Position numbers and translations under genes: made by a program
Notes under the pieces: generated by a model
Databases searched by the model: none
What the model was told of the DNA's origin: nothing
What the model saw: the letters and a program-made list of their open reading frames with translations, nothing else
Shown: positions 1-9,836 of the stretch, piece after piece
Numbering within the stretch: the stretch's first letter is position 1
Layout of the letters: every line of letters begins with the position of its first letter
IMG/VR virus record: IMGVR_UViG_3300028384_001023
Span: 1-57,138 of that record
From: a virus
Lineage: Duplodnaviria; Caudoviricetes
Length of the DNA: 57,138 nt
Strand: one strand, 5' to 3'

Positions 1-2
1 AT

Positions 3-584
3 GGCATTAAGTATCCTAGCGTTACAACAATATTAAGCATCATCAATGAAGAAGCTATTCGGGCTTGGAAGGCTCGAGTAGGCGAAGATGAGGCTGCAAA
101 GATCGGTCATCGCGCGAGTAGCCGTGGTACTGCAGTGCATGCAATCATCGAAAGGTACTTAAAAAATGAAGATACAACAGACTATCTCCCACATATTAGG
201 CAAAGTCTTGAAAACTTGCGGCCAATTCTTGATCAATCTATCGGGAAAATCTTTGGCCTCGAAACTGCTCTTTATAGTCGCCATCTTGGGATGGCTGGTC
301 GTTGTGACTGTGTAGCGGAGTTTGACGGTGTACCATCAATCATCGATTTCAAAACGTCTCGCAGAGTCAAGAAGAAAGAAAATATTTCTAACTATTTTGC
401 TCAAATGTCCGCTTACGCGATCATGTTTGAAGAACGCACTGGGATGCCTATCACGAATACGGTAATCATCATGGATGTCGATGATAACGAACCTATGGTA
501 TTCAAAGAACATCGTGACAACTACGTAGATCTCTTACTTGAGACCAAAGCAGAATACGATAGACGAAAACTTTTTTCACATTAA
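3..584 (+). CDS. PD-(D/E)XK exonuclease (Cas4-like T4-type phage exonuclease), 5' truncated
   Basis: Frame open from window start (KYPSVTTILS...WKARVG...RGTAVH); motifs AGRCDC, IIDFKTS, QMSAYA. Confidence 0.85.
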   Translation, partial: GIKYPSVTTILSIINEEAIRAWKARVGEDEAAKIGHRASSRGTAVHAIIERYLKNEDTTDYLPHIRQSLENLRPILDQSIGKIFGLETALYSRHLGMAGRCDCVAEFDGVPSIIDFKTSRRVKKKENISNYFAQMSAYAIMFEERTGMPITNTVIIMDVDDNEPMVFKEHRDNYVDLLLETKAEYDRRKLFSH

Positions 585-597
585 TTAAAAAAAACTG

Positions 598-626
598 TTT
601 ACATTCTCCCTCTATTATGGTATAAT
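598..626 (+). promoter_or_regulatory. sigma70-type early promoter
   Basis: A-tract, TTTACA-17 bp-TATAAT, with TGG before the -10. Confidence 0.85.
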
Positions 627-654
627 AGATCTATAATAAAGAAGGAGCTATATT

Positions 655-840
655 ATGAGATACGAAGTTGAAATCTTAGAAGCACAAGAATTTGCTTGTG
701 AATATTACAATATCCCACGTCAAGAATTTGTAGAAAAAGCTGCAATACGCTATCCATCAATTAAGCGTCAAGCACAGTTATTTTTGTATGCAGTAAAAGC
801 ATATGATCAAATACAAGAAGATATGCGGGAGATTGCGTAA
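655..840 (+). CDS. hypothetical early protein
   Basis: AGGAG RBS; first gene after promoter. Confidence 0.7.
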   Translation: MRYEVEILEAQEFACEYYNIPRQEFVEKAAIRYPSIKRQAQLFLYAVKAYDQIQEDMREIA

Positions 841-1004
841 TGAGAAATACTTATCCTTACAAATACGGTGAATTGAAAGTAGCTGCTGATATGCTTGCTA
901 AGATGATTAACGGTATGCCATCAATCACCTCTAAAAACCCTCACATTGCTGCACAAGCAAAGATGCTAGAAGATTTAATCAAACAACAAGAGGAGCGTAT
1001 ATGA
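840..1004 (+). CDS. hypothetical protein (54 aa, not in ORF track)
   Basis: MRNTYPYKYG...QQEERI; TAATG and ATGA overlaps with both neighbours. Confidence 0.7.
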   Translation: MRNTYPYKYGELKVAADMLAKMINGMPSITSKNPHIAAQAKMLEDLIKQQEERI

Positions 1005-1522
1005 TTTATTTAGATATGGACGGTGTGATTGCAGATTTCTTTGGTGGTATCGAACGTAAGTTTGGTATCGATCATTGGAAAGAACTTGACTTCAAAGAAC
1101 AGGTATTTGCACAATTGAAATACACCGATTTCTTTTATCGGTTACCACCTTTTGATACTTCAGACGAGTTAGTCAGACAAGTAAAGCTACTTGCTCGGGA
1201 AAACGACATTGATTGGGGTATCTGTTCGTCTCCTTTACGTGGTGATGATCATAACTCAGCATATTGGAAACGCCAATGGCTACAGTTGTTTGATTATATG
1301 CCAAAGGTACATAATTGTATCTTTACTTCAAACAAGCATAAGTATGCGTGGTCTGAGATCGATCGTAAACCAAACATTCTCATTGATGATAAGCCTGAAA
1401 ATATCATGAGATGGGAAAATAAAGGTGGTCTAGGTATTCGCTATCAAGCAAACGAAGATGACTTCGAAGAGTATCTAGTTCCTGAATTGTTAGAAGCACT
1501 TGATATAAGGAGACAACATTGA
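1001..1522 (+). CDS. HAD-family 5'(3')-deoxyribonucleotidase-like protein
   Basis: IYLDMDGVIADF motif I; ILIDDKPENI motif IV. Confidence 0.85.
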   Translation: MIYLDMDGVIADFFGGIERKFGIDHWKELDFKEQVFAQLKYTDFFYRLPPFDTSDELVRQVKLLARENDIDWGICSSPLRGDDHNSAYWKRQWLQLFDYMPKVHNCIFTSNKHKYAWSEIDRKPNILIDDKPENIMRWENKGGLGIRYQANEDDFEEYLVPELLEALDIRRQH

Positions 1523-1752
1523 TTACTATTTTAAATCTACGTACTGAGTTCGAGGATATCACTGCAGATTATAATATGTCTGTGACTGGTTCTAATATAG
1601 ATACTATTGATTGGTTCATAGAGAATGGTCATAGATCAAACTCTCTTCGTAATGGTTTTGTGAGAGCTAAAGAAATAGCAACCATTATAAAGGAGTACTA
1701 CAATGGCTGCACAGAAGAAACTCGAAGCTGGGAGTCATTACGAACACTTTGA
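1519..1752 (+). CDS. hypothetical protein
   Basis: AGGAG RBS, TTG start overlapping previous stop. Confidence 0.6.
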   Translation: MITILNLRTEFEDITADYNMSVTGSNIDTIDWFIENGHRSNSLRNGFVRAKEIATIIKEYYNGCTEETRSWESLRTL

Positions 1753-2041
1753 CAAGGACGGAGACGGAATCGTTAGCGATGAAGAATTTGCCCTTGAAAG
1801 AGAGATGATGAGAGCAGATAACGAAGATAAGAAAGAAGATCAAATCCGCCGAATGGCGTGGTTTGCTTTATGGGGTATGCTATTATATCCTGTTGGTATA
1901 TTCGCGGCTGACATGGTAGGATACGAATCTTCGGGTCAGTTACTAGCAGATATTGCACCTACTTATTTTATGTCGATATCTGTATTAGTTGGTGCATTTT
2001 TTGGAGCTCAGGCTTATACAAAAACAAAAACTGGAAAGTAA
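1703..2041 (+). CDS. membrane protein with EF-hand-like loop
   Basis: DKDGDGIVSDEE loop followed by two hydrophobic segments; AAGGAG RBS. Confidence 0.7.
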   Translation: MAAQKKLEAGSHYEHFDKDGDGIVSDEEFALEREMMRADNEDKKEDQIRRMAWFALWGMLLYPVGIFAADMVGYESSGQLLADIAPTYFMSISVLVGAFFGAQAYTKTKTGK

Positions 2042-2755
2042 ATGAATATTTCTACGTTATGTCCTACTTGGCAAAGACCTCGTAGTTGTGAGTTGATGAT
2101 ACAAAGTTGGCTAACTAATACAAAAAACTCAGAGCTACATATTTACGTGCAAGATGGTGATCCATGTCATGATGAATATGTAGCTCTGAGTACTCAGTAC
2201 CCGCAATTAAAATGGACTTTTGGACCTCGTCATACGACTGGAGTTTTATGGAATAAACTCTATGGTTCCGCACGTGCAGATATCATACATTTAGGTAGCG
2301 ATGATCTCAACTTTCGGACGAAAGATTGGGACGAAAAGGTTTCTAAAATAGTAAACGAACACTTCCCTGACGAAGTCTATAATATCTCACTATGGGAAGG
2401 AAACTCTGATAAGCATCAAGGCATGATGTGTCGTCATCCTATCGTATCTCGAAAGATGATCGAACGACTAGGATATTTCTTTCCTCCATTCTTTATTCAT
2501 TATAATGTTGATTGCTGGTGGGCAGACATAACCAAGGCCATAGGACGTTTCGCTATCGTAAGAGATATCGTAGTTGGTCATGTGAGAGAGAACGCAACTG
2601 AAGAAAATGATTGGCGTGAAGAACACAAGACATCTGCAGAAGCAAATCGAAACGATAATCTATGGGCTCATAGAGACAAATATGTGATGCGTACAAGTAT
2701 TAATAGATATAAGAATATGGATATTAAAGCATTAAGGAAAATGATTGACAAATGA
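2042..2755 (+). CDS. GT-A (family 2-like) glycosyltransferase
   Basis: N-terminal LCPTWQRP, ADIIHLGSDD, HYNVD motifs; cassette context. Confidence 0.65.
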   Translation: MNISTLCPTWQRPRSCELMIQSWLTNTKNSELHIYVQDGDPCHDEYVALSTQYPQLKWTFGPRHTTGVLWNKLYGSARADIIHLGSDDLNFRTKDWDEKVSKIVNEHFPDEVYNISLWEGNSDKHQGMMCRHPIVSRKMIERLGYFFPPFFIHYNVDCWWADITKAIGRFAIVRDIVVGHVRENATEENDWREEHKTSAEANRNDNLWAHRDKYVMRTSINRYKNMDIKALRKMIDK

Positions 2756-3753
2756 AGATTTTTATAACTGGAATAGCTGGATTTCTTGGTAGTCATTTAG
2801 CTGATAGGTTTATTGAGCTTGGTCATGATGTAGTTGGAAACGATAATCTGATTGGAGGTTATGAAGATAACGTCAATCGCAAGGCTACATTATACAAAGT
2901 AGATTGTTGTGATCATGAGAGGATGAGAGACATCTTAGAAGGTGTCGATATTGTAGTACATGCTGCAGCTACAGCACATGAAGGTCTAAGTGTTTTTAGT
3001 CCTGATTTTATCACAAAAAATATATTTCAAGCAACAGTGTCTACAGTAAGCGCAGCTATCGCAAACGATGTAAAGCGATTTGTATTCTGTACTTCAATGG
3101 CCCGATACGGTGACCAACAAGTGCCGTTTCATGAAGACATGTCTCCTATGCCTGTTGATCCATACGGTATTGCTAAAGTAGCATCTGAACAAGTGTTGAA
3201 GTGTTTGGCCGAAACTCATGGTATGGAATGGAACATTGCTGTGCCACATAATATCGTTGGTCCTCGACAAAGATACGACGATCCATTTCGAAATGTGATG
3301 AGTATCATGATCAATCGAAACTTACAAGGTAAACCATCGATCATTTATGGTGACGGCATGCAAACACGTTGTTTTTCCTATGTAGATGATTGTACTGCAT
3401 GTTTAGAAAAGATGGCTTTAAATCCAGATATTACGAGTCAGATCATTAACATTGGGCCTGATGAAGGTACTATCACGATCAAAGAACTCGCTGAACTCGT
3501 TGCTGCTGAGACAGGATGTAATCAACAACCACAACATATGCCAGATAGACCACGAGAAGTTAAGCATGCGATGTGTTCATCGGATAAAGCACGTGATTTA
3601 CTCGACTATCAAACTACAGTAGATGTCCGTACCTCTGTCTCTCGAACTACAGAATATATAAGAAGTAGAGGTTGGCGAAAGTTTGATTATACATTCCCTA
3701 TTGAAATCGTCAACGAAAAAACACCGAAGACTTGGAAAGATAGGTTAATGTAA
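2752..3753 (+). CDS. NAD-dependent nucleotide-sugar epimerase/dehydratase
   Basis: GIAGFLG Rossmann motif, YGIAK catalytic YxxxK, HNIVGP. Confidence 0.92.
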   Translation: MKIFITGIAGFLGSHLADRFIELGHDVVGNDNLIGGYEDNVNRKATLYKVDCCDHERMRDILEGVDIVVHAAATAHEGLSVFSPDFITKNIFQATVSTVSAAIANDVKRFVFCTSMARYGDQQVPFHEDMSPMPVDPYGIAKVASEQVLKCLAETHGMEWNIAVPHNIVGPRQRYDDPFRNVMSIMINRNLQGKPSIIYGDGMQTRCFSYVDDCTACLEKMALNPDITSQIINIGPDEGTITIKELAELVAAETGCNQQPQHMPDRPREVKHAMCSSDKARDLLDYQTTVDVRTSVSRTTEYIRSRGWRKFDYTFPIEIVNEKTPKTWKDRLM

Positions 3754-4331
3754 TGACAACAAGAGTTGAAATGCTAAAAGGTTTCCCACGTGGAATGACA
3801 GTATGTGAAGCTGGTACAAGGACTTGTGATTATACAAAATACATGGCTGGTAAATGGTTAGATGCGAAGAAAGTATGGATGATAGATTACCAAGATGAGA
3901 AGGTAAATCAAAACTTTGCAAAGGTCCACGAGAAATGTCAATTTATTCAAGGAAGATTTGACGAAGTAATACCACAAATCGGTGAGATCGATATGGTGTA
4001 TATTGATGGTTGGCATTCTTATGAAGATGTATCTCGAGATCTTCGTGATTTTGATCCTATTACAAAAAGGTATTTTGCTGGTCATGACTGGATTCCAGAA
4101 GATGCACCAATGGATTTTCATAATCCAAAGAAACATAAGTTTGAAGTAAGACAGGCAGTAACTGATTGGTTAGAAGAGACAGGCTACTATCTAACGTTTG
4201 TGACTGACGATCTTAGCAATAGACAACATGACCCTGACGCTAAAGGCGGTCAAAAACCTCTATACTCTTGGGTAGTTTCGAAGACTGAAGAAGACCGTGA
4301 TTTATTTTTGGAGAATTTAAATGCCACTTGA
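3753..4331 (+). CDS. class I SAM methyltransferase (Methyltransf_24-like)
   Basis: CEAG, DMVYIDGWHSYE, AGHDW. Confidence 0.75.
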   Translation: MTTRVEMLKGFPRGMTVCEAGTRTCDYTKYMAGKWLDAKKVWMIDYQDEKVNQNFAKVHEKCQFIQGRFDEVIPQIGEIDMVYIDGWHSYEDVSRDLRDFDPITKRYFAGHDWIPEDAPMDFHNPKKHKFEVRQAVTDWLEETGYYLTFVTDDLSNRQHDPDAKGGQKPLYSWVVSKTEEDRDLFLENLNAT

Positions 4332-4857
4332 TACACTTGATGTAATTTATAATAGGAATAAAACACCTAAGATTGGTTGGGGTGATAAAGGTACATTTCA
4401 TAGTTATATTGGTTACTATGCAGCAACATTTGAAGAATTCCGCGAAAGCGCAAAAAATGTACTTGAAATCGGTGTTAAAGGCGGACATTCTCTTAATATG
4501 TGGAAACAGTATTTCACTAATGCACATGTAATTGGAGTCGATATTAAACAACGTGATACTGTCTGCCCTACATGTCAAGTCATTTGGGGAGATGCTACGC
4601 TAAAAGAAACATTTACAAATGTACCAAAACTTGATATAATTATAGATGATGGTTCACATGATATCGAACATCAAATTAAATCTTTTGAGATCTTATGGCC
4701 TAAACTGAAAAAAGGTGGAGTCTATATCATTGAAGATGTTCAAGATATTGATTCAACTCAGGACAGATTAATGGCACTCGATGAGTCTGCTGTTTTACAT
4801 GACTTCAGAAAATTTCTTGGCAGATACGATGACGTGGTAGTTGAGTATAGAAAATGA
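4321..4857 (+). CDS. class I SAM methyltransferase (sugar O-methyltransferase-like)
   Basis: VLEIGVKGGHSL, IGVDI, DIIIDDGSH, GGVYIIED. Confidence 0.8.
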   Translation: MPLDTLDVIYNRNKTPKIGWGDKGTFHSYIGYYAATFEEFRESAKNVLEIGVKGGHSLNMWKQYFTNAHVIGVDIKQRDTVCPTCQVIWGDATLKETFTNVPKLDIIIDDGSHDIEHQIKSFEILWPKLKKGGVYIIEDVQDIDSTQDRLMALDESAVLHDFRKFLGRYDDVVVEYRK

Positions 4858-5636
4858 AAAGAATGATATATCAGGTGTATGTTGGTAAGAGACGTCGTCT
4901 CTATGACCATTGTACACAATCGGTAAAGCAGTATTGTGATGAACATGGAATCGACCATGTAGTCCAACGTTCACCAATCCTGATGATTAAACCAGATCCT
5001 TTCATGACGAATAGACATCCTCGAGCCACAGAGCCTCTTGGATGTTTACCTATCTTTGAAAAGGAATGTGCGTTTGCTCATTGGCCAAAATATGATCAGA
5101 TCGCTATCATAGATTCAGACATTTGGATTAGACCAGGTGCACCAAATATCTTTGATGAGTTAGGTACTGAAGATTTTGCTGGAGTGGTCGAAAGACAAAT
5201 GCCTCTCACAAAACAACACCGCAGATCAGTTGATAACTATGCTCAAGCTCAATATAGATCACTACGCGATGTTGAATGGAATTGGGAAAAAGGTAATGGT
5301 GCTGACTATATCAATATGGGCATGATGCTAATGAATAAATCCTTTGAGAAATACTTAAAAGGACAAACACCTCATCAGTTCCTTAAAAGACAGGAGTTCA
5401 AGCCTTTTATTGATGGTGCTGGAGATTGGAAGTGGTCGACCGATCAAACACTTTTAAACTGGTGGATTCGTAAAGAGCGAATGAAGATCAAACAGCTTGA
5501 CTGGAAATGGAATGCTCTTTATACCGCAATGGATAATAAGATGATCAAAAGTGCGCACTTTGTACATTTCTTTAAACAACAAAGTCTACCTCATAATGGT
5601 GAAAACATCGAAGAGTTAATGAAACTGGTAGGGTAA
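4854..5636 (+). CDS. GT-A glycosyltransferase (GT8-like)
   Basis: IIDSD DxD motif, NMGMML, DQTLLN, WNALY, HFVHF. Confidence 0.75.
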   Translation: MKRMIYQVYVGKRRRLYDHCTQSVKQYCDEHGIDHVVQRSPILMIKPDPFMTNRHPRATEPLGCLPIFEKECAFAHWPKYDQIAIIDSDIWIRPGAPNIFDELGTEDFAGVVERQMPLTKQHRRSVDNYAQAQYRSLRDVEWNWEKGNGADYINMGMMLMNKSFEKYLKGQTPHQFLKRQEFKPFIDGAGDWKWSTDQTLLNWWIRKERMKIKQLDWKWNALYTAMDNKMIKSAHFVHFFKQQSLPHNGENIEELMKLVG

Positions 5637-5637
5637 A

Positions 5638-6426
5638 TTGAAAAAATTAATATATCAAGTATATACTGGAGATCGCAGTAAATTATATAATCACTGTACT
5701 AAGTCTGTACGTAGATATGCAGATCGTATTGGTGCAGATTATAAAGTACAACGATTACCTATCTTAAACATTAAACCAGACCCGTTCAGGACGAATAGAA
5801 CTGGAAAAGCTGGTGGATGGGCAAAACATGGTTATATGCCTATCTTCGAGAAAGAGAATGTCTTTAATGAGTTTGATAACTATGATATGTGTTGTGTGAT
5901 TGACTCTGACGTTTACGTAAGAGAAGATGCTCCTGATATATTCGATGAATTAAACGGTGAAGCAGTTGGTAGTGTTTATGAATGTGATTTGCCAATCGGT
6001 AAAGAATACAGAGATAAGATCAGAGGATATTCATTCAATATAGTAAATGGTCTGGATGTAAAATGGCCAAAGACCGATGACAGAAGAGGATATGACTTCT
6101 TCAATTCTGGTGTTATGCTTTATGATTCAAAAAAGATGAAAGAGGTACTAAACGGCATGGGCCCAAGAGAGTTTCTAGAACAGCCCATGTTAAAAGATTT
6201 TATTGATGGAGTTGGCTCTCTTCGATGGCAGTCAGATCAGATGACTCTTAACTATTGGTTCTTAAAGAAAAAAGTAAAAGTAAATAGGATGGATTGGAAA
6301 TGGAATGCTCTCTTTTCTGCAGTAAATGAAGACAGAATCAAAGATGCATATTTCGTACATTTCTTTTTGAAAGATTATTTACCTGAAAAGGGCGAAGACG
6401 TAGAAGGTTTGATGAAACTAATATGA
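5638..6426 (+). CDS. GT-A glycosyltransferase (GT8-like), paralog of upstream gene
   Basis: VIDSD, FNSGVML, DQMTLN, WNALF, YFVHF; colinear with 4854-5636. Confidence 0.75.
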   Translation: MKKLIYQVYTGDRSKLYNHCTKSVRRYADRIGADYKVQRLPILNIKPDPFRTNRTGKAGGWAKHGYMPIFEKENVFNEFDNYDMCCVIDSDVYVREDAPDIFDELNGEAVGSVYECDLPIGKEYRDKIRGYSFNIVNGLDVKWPKTDDRRGYDFFNSGVMLYDSKKMKEVLNGMGPREFLEQPMLKDFIDGVGSLRWQSDQMTLNYWFLKKKVKVNRMDWKWNALFSAVNEDRIKDAYFVHFFLKDYLPEKGEDVEGLMKLI

Positions 6427-7136
6427 TTAATAATAAAAAACTCTTTATCCATATTCCTAAAAATGGTGGTATGACTATTCGCCATACTACAAGCATTCTA
6501 TACGACAAGATCATCGTGCCTAAACTTAATCTCCTAATTAACGGAGAGTATCAAGATGCATTTGTGAAAAAAATGAAACAAATGAAAAGGCCAAATATTC
6601 CTGCAGAGCATGCACGATGGCAAGATATGAGTGTGAGTTTACGTATGGCACACGATGCATTTGCTATTGTACGTAATCCATGGGATAGAGTAGTATCACG
6701 CTATATGTTTAAGGCATATCAAACTCCTGGTTATCTTGAAGAAGTTTCATTCGAACAGTTTATTGAAGAGCGTCATGAATACGAAGGTGAAGCTGGTGAC
6801 TATACTTGGCATTTGGCAATTAAGGGATGGTTTCCAGCAGCAGATTATGTCACTGATAAAAAAGGTAATCTTAAATGTGATATGATGAGATTTGGAAATA
6901 TGCACGAAGACGTAGCAAAATACTTCCAATTACCAGCATCAACGAAGTTTACTATTCGCAATGTGTCAAACGGTCAAAAAAATAACGATCGAAGTAAAGT
7001 AATAGATAGAAAACCATATCAAGAGTTTTATAACGATAAGACTATTCAAATCATTGCTGATCATTATAAAAAAGATATTGATCTATGGGGATTTGATTTT
7101 GACACAGAAGCACAAAAGAATTATTGGAATGTATAA
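6423..7136 (+). CDS. sulfotransferase (Sulfotransfer_2-like)
   Basis: FIHIPKNGGMTI and VRNPWDRVVSRY PAPS-binding motifs. Confidence 0.8.
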   Translation: MINNKKLFIHIPKNGGMTIRHTTSILYDKIIVPKLNLLINGEYQDAFVKKMKQMKRPNIPAEHARWQDMSVSLRMAHDAFAIVRNPWDRVVSRYMFKAYQTPGYLEEVSFEQFIEERHEYEGEAGDYTWHLAIKGWFPAADYVTDKKGNLKCDMMRFGNMHEDVAKYFQLPASTKFTIRNVSNGQKNNDRSKVIDRKPYQEFYNDKTIQIIADHYKKDIDLWGFDFDTEAQKNYWNV

Positions 7137-7834
7137 TGAAAGCATTTGTAATTACTGTACGTGGTCATAGACAAGATGAGATTCAATCAGACTTATGCTT
7201 AAGATCTATGGCAGAAACACCAGGCTGGGAACCTGATCAACTATACGGTTATACGGCAAAAGATAAAGACTTATTCGAAGGACGTTGGGGTTTTCCAATG
7301 ATTGAGAATGCTCGGCTACGGGCATTTGAGAAAGAAGATCTACATCGTTTTTTGACGAAGAAAGCCTGTTTCTATAATCACGTGAGACTATGGGAAAAGT
7401 GTATTGAACTAGACGAGCCGATCGCATTCATCGAATCTGACACGGTTTGTATTAGACCGTGGGAAGAACCAGAATGGGAAGAAGTACTCATACTGAATGT
7501 AGAATCTGCGATGTCAAATGAGAGAGGTCCTATCGGACCATCAGAACAGTTGCTAACAAAATATAGAGATGGTTTACAACCAGGAATTCATAGCTTTCAT
7601 AAAGCGCCGACTAAATATCATCGAGATAATCGTATGAAAGGTTATGCGCATAATCCAGGTAATGGTGCATATGCATTTACTCCAAAAGGTGCTAAACGGC
7701 TACTCGAAGCAGCAAAGAATGGTATAGATCAAGGAGATCTATTTGTGAACGCGTCTAATGTAAAGATGCAGTATGTATTTCCTTCATACTTTACTTTCAG
7801 TGGACCTAATTTAGGGTTAAGTCATGGCTTTTAA
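7136..7834 (+). CDS. GT25-like glycosyltransferase
   Basis: KAFVIT, ACFYNHVRLWEKC, FIESD, AYAFTPKGAKRL. Confidence 0.7.
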   Translation: MKAFVITVRGHRQDEIQSDLCLRSMAETPGWEPDQLYGYTAKDKDLFEGRWGFPMIENARLRAFEKEDLHRFLTKKACFYNHVRLWEKCIELDEPIAFIESDTVCIRPWEEPEWEEVLILNVESAMSNERGPIGPSEQLLTKYRDGLQPGIHSFHKAPTKYHRDNRMKGYAHNPGNGAYAFTPKGAKRLLEAAKNGIDQGDLFVNASNVKMQYVFPSYFTFSGPNLGLSHGF

Positions 7835-8522
7835 AGCGCATATTATAACGATTAATAATCATGCAATATCTGAAGCCGCATCAGATGCATGTATCATGTC
7901 ACACGATCAAGTAAAGAATGACTTTGATATAGAAGTATATGATGCTGTAACTCCACCCAATACAGGAGATATGATAAACAAATATGGGCTGAAATGGAAT
8001 TATCCATGGGAAGGTGTAGAACTTGATATGGCTGCAGGTTTACGTAAGAGCGCTTATCGTACTGCCGATCCTTTAGCTCGTATCGCATGTGCATTATCAC
8101 ATTATGACTTATGGGTTCGATGTGCAGATTCAGAGCCAATGATGGTACTCGAACATGATGCTCGTTTCATGCATAAAGTGCCTTATGAAAAAATACTTGA
8201 TACAAATTTCAATATCGTAGGTATTAATGATCCAATCGGTGCTACACGAAGAGCACGACTCTTTGCCGAGAAGATACAAACCGCGAATAAATTTGTTACT
8301 CCTGTACCGAGTATTGATAACTTTGATGTTCCTCAAGGTTTAGCTGGAAACAGTGCATACATAATTAAACCAGCTGGAGCTAAAGCTTTAATTAAAGCTG
8401 TAAAAGACTATGGATTATGGCCGAATGATGCTATCATGTGTAAACAACTGATTAAGAGAATGGGTGTGACAAAGAAGTATTATACGGTCGTACAAGGATT
8501 ACCATCAACTACTACGGATTGA
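7824..8522 (+). CDS. GT25-like glycosyltransferase
   Basis: ACALSHYDLW, VLEHDA, AYIIKPAGAKAL. Confidence 0.75.
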   Translation: MAFKAHIITINNHAISEAASDACIMSHDQVKNDFDIEVYDAVTPPNTGDMINKYGLKWNYPWEGVELDMAAGLRKSAYRTADPLARIACALSHYDLWVRCADSEPMMVLEHDARFMHKVPYEKILDTNFNIVGINDPIGATRRARLFAEKIQTANKFVTPVPSIDNFDVPQGLAGNSAYIIKPAGAKALIKAVKDYGLWPNDAIMCKQLIKRMGVTKKYYTVVQGLPSTTTD

Positions 8523-8524
8523 AC

Positions 8525-9178
8525 ATGAAAGCCTTTGTAATTACAATTGAACACTTTGAAAAATCAGTACAATCAGCCAAGCGTTGTATTAAATCTGGTA
8601 AAAAGTATGGACTTGATATCGAGATGTGGAAAGCAACCACTCCTTCTGACAGACCTCACAAGATTCTCGAATCTAAAGACATTCCTATCCAACCATTTAA
8701 TGAGATCTATTCAAGAACTACAAATTGTATGGCAGCATTCTGTTCTCATATGTCTCTATGGGAACATTCTATCGCCATCGATGAACCAGTTATCGTATTC
8801 GAACATGATGCCATTGTGACAGGAACATTACCCGAAGACTTACAGTTTGATCGTGTAATTACATTTTCTAAGCCTTCGTATGGATCTTATAATACTCCTA
8901 TAACAGTTGGTGTTCAGCCACTGGTACAGAAAAGCTATTTTGGTGGAGCACACGGATACATAGTTACTCCTGAAGGATCACGACAACTGATAGAAGGAGC
9001 AAAGAAAAATCCAGCTTCTACAGATGTATTTTTGAACCTAAATAATTTTCCATGGCTAGAAGAATATTATCCATGGACTTGTATCGCTGCAGATGGTTTT
9101 ACGACTATTCAAGTAGAAGCAGGTTGCCAAGCAAAACATCGTTATGGCGAAGGGTATGTAATCGAAGATGTCAAATAA
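8525..9178 (+). CDS. GT25-like glycosyltransferase
   Basis: AAFCSHMSLW, VFEHDA, GYIVTPEGSRQL. Confidence 0.75.
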   Translation: MKAFVITIEHFEKSVQSAKRCIKSGKKYGLDIEMWKATTPSDRPHKILESKDIPIQPFNEIYSRTTNCMAAFCSHMSLWEHSIAIDEPVIVFEHDAIVTGTLPEDLQFDRVITFSKPSYGSYNTPITVGVQPLVQKSYFGGAHGYIVTPEGSRQLIEGAKKNPASTDVFLNLNNFPWLEEYYPWTCIAADGFTTIQVEAGCQAKHRYGEGYVIEDVK

Positions 9179-9836
9179 AAAATTAGAAAAGGCCTTTTTA
9201 ACGGGCTGTGATGCGACAACAGAATGGCAGCTACCGTTCTTTATTAAGAAGTATAAAGAGTTTAATCATAAAACTCCTCTCATCGTATGCGACTTTGGTA
9301 TGACAGAAAAAACGATGGAGACAGTAAACAAACATCCTGATATTAACATCGTAATGTCATATCCAAAGAAAGACATGGTAGAGAAAGGTTGGTTTTTAAA
9401 ACCAATGACTATGTTTAATGCACCTGCAGAACAACTCTGTTGGTTTGATACTGACTGTATTTTTCATGCAAACGTAGATAATATCTTCGACCACTTCGTT
9501 GAAAATAAACTAAACATGGTAGAAGATAAACCCTGGTCAATGCGTAGAGGAGAAGTGTGGCATAATTCGGGTGTCGTAGGTATGATAGGAAAGCCTCACA
9601 TCTTGTATCATTGGGTAGATGCAGTACGAAAGAATCCATCAGTAGGCGACCAAGAAGTACTTCATAGTATCTTAACTCCAATCACCCGTCTACAACATAT
9701 CAATACAATCTTGAATAGATATAACGTATTGCGGTTACAAGTAGAACATGATGGATATAAAGGAAAGATTCATGTGATGCATTGGACAGGCAAAAAAGGC
9801 AATGATAGAATTAAGGAGTTGATGAAAAATGGCTAG
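9168..9836 (+). CDS. GT-A glycosyltransferase (GT8-like)
   Basis: WFDTDC, NSGVV, GDQEVL, HWTG. Confidence 0.7.
   Translation: MSNKKLEKAFLTGCDATTEWQLPFFIKKYKEFNHKTPLIVCDFGMTEKTMETVNKHPDINIVMSYPKKDMVEKGWFLKPMTMFNAPAEQLCWFDTDCIFHANVDNIFDHFVENKLNMVEDKPWSMRRGEVWHNSGVVGMIGKPHILYHWVDAVRKNPSVGDQEVLHSILTPITRLQHINTILNRYNVLRLQVEHDGYKGKIHVMHWTGKKGNDRIKELMKNG

Noticed and set aside
3-584. Cas4-like nuclease as evidence of a CRISPR system
   Set aside because: No repeat-spacer array or other cas genes seen; this exonuclease type is common in T4-like phages.
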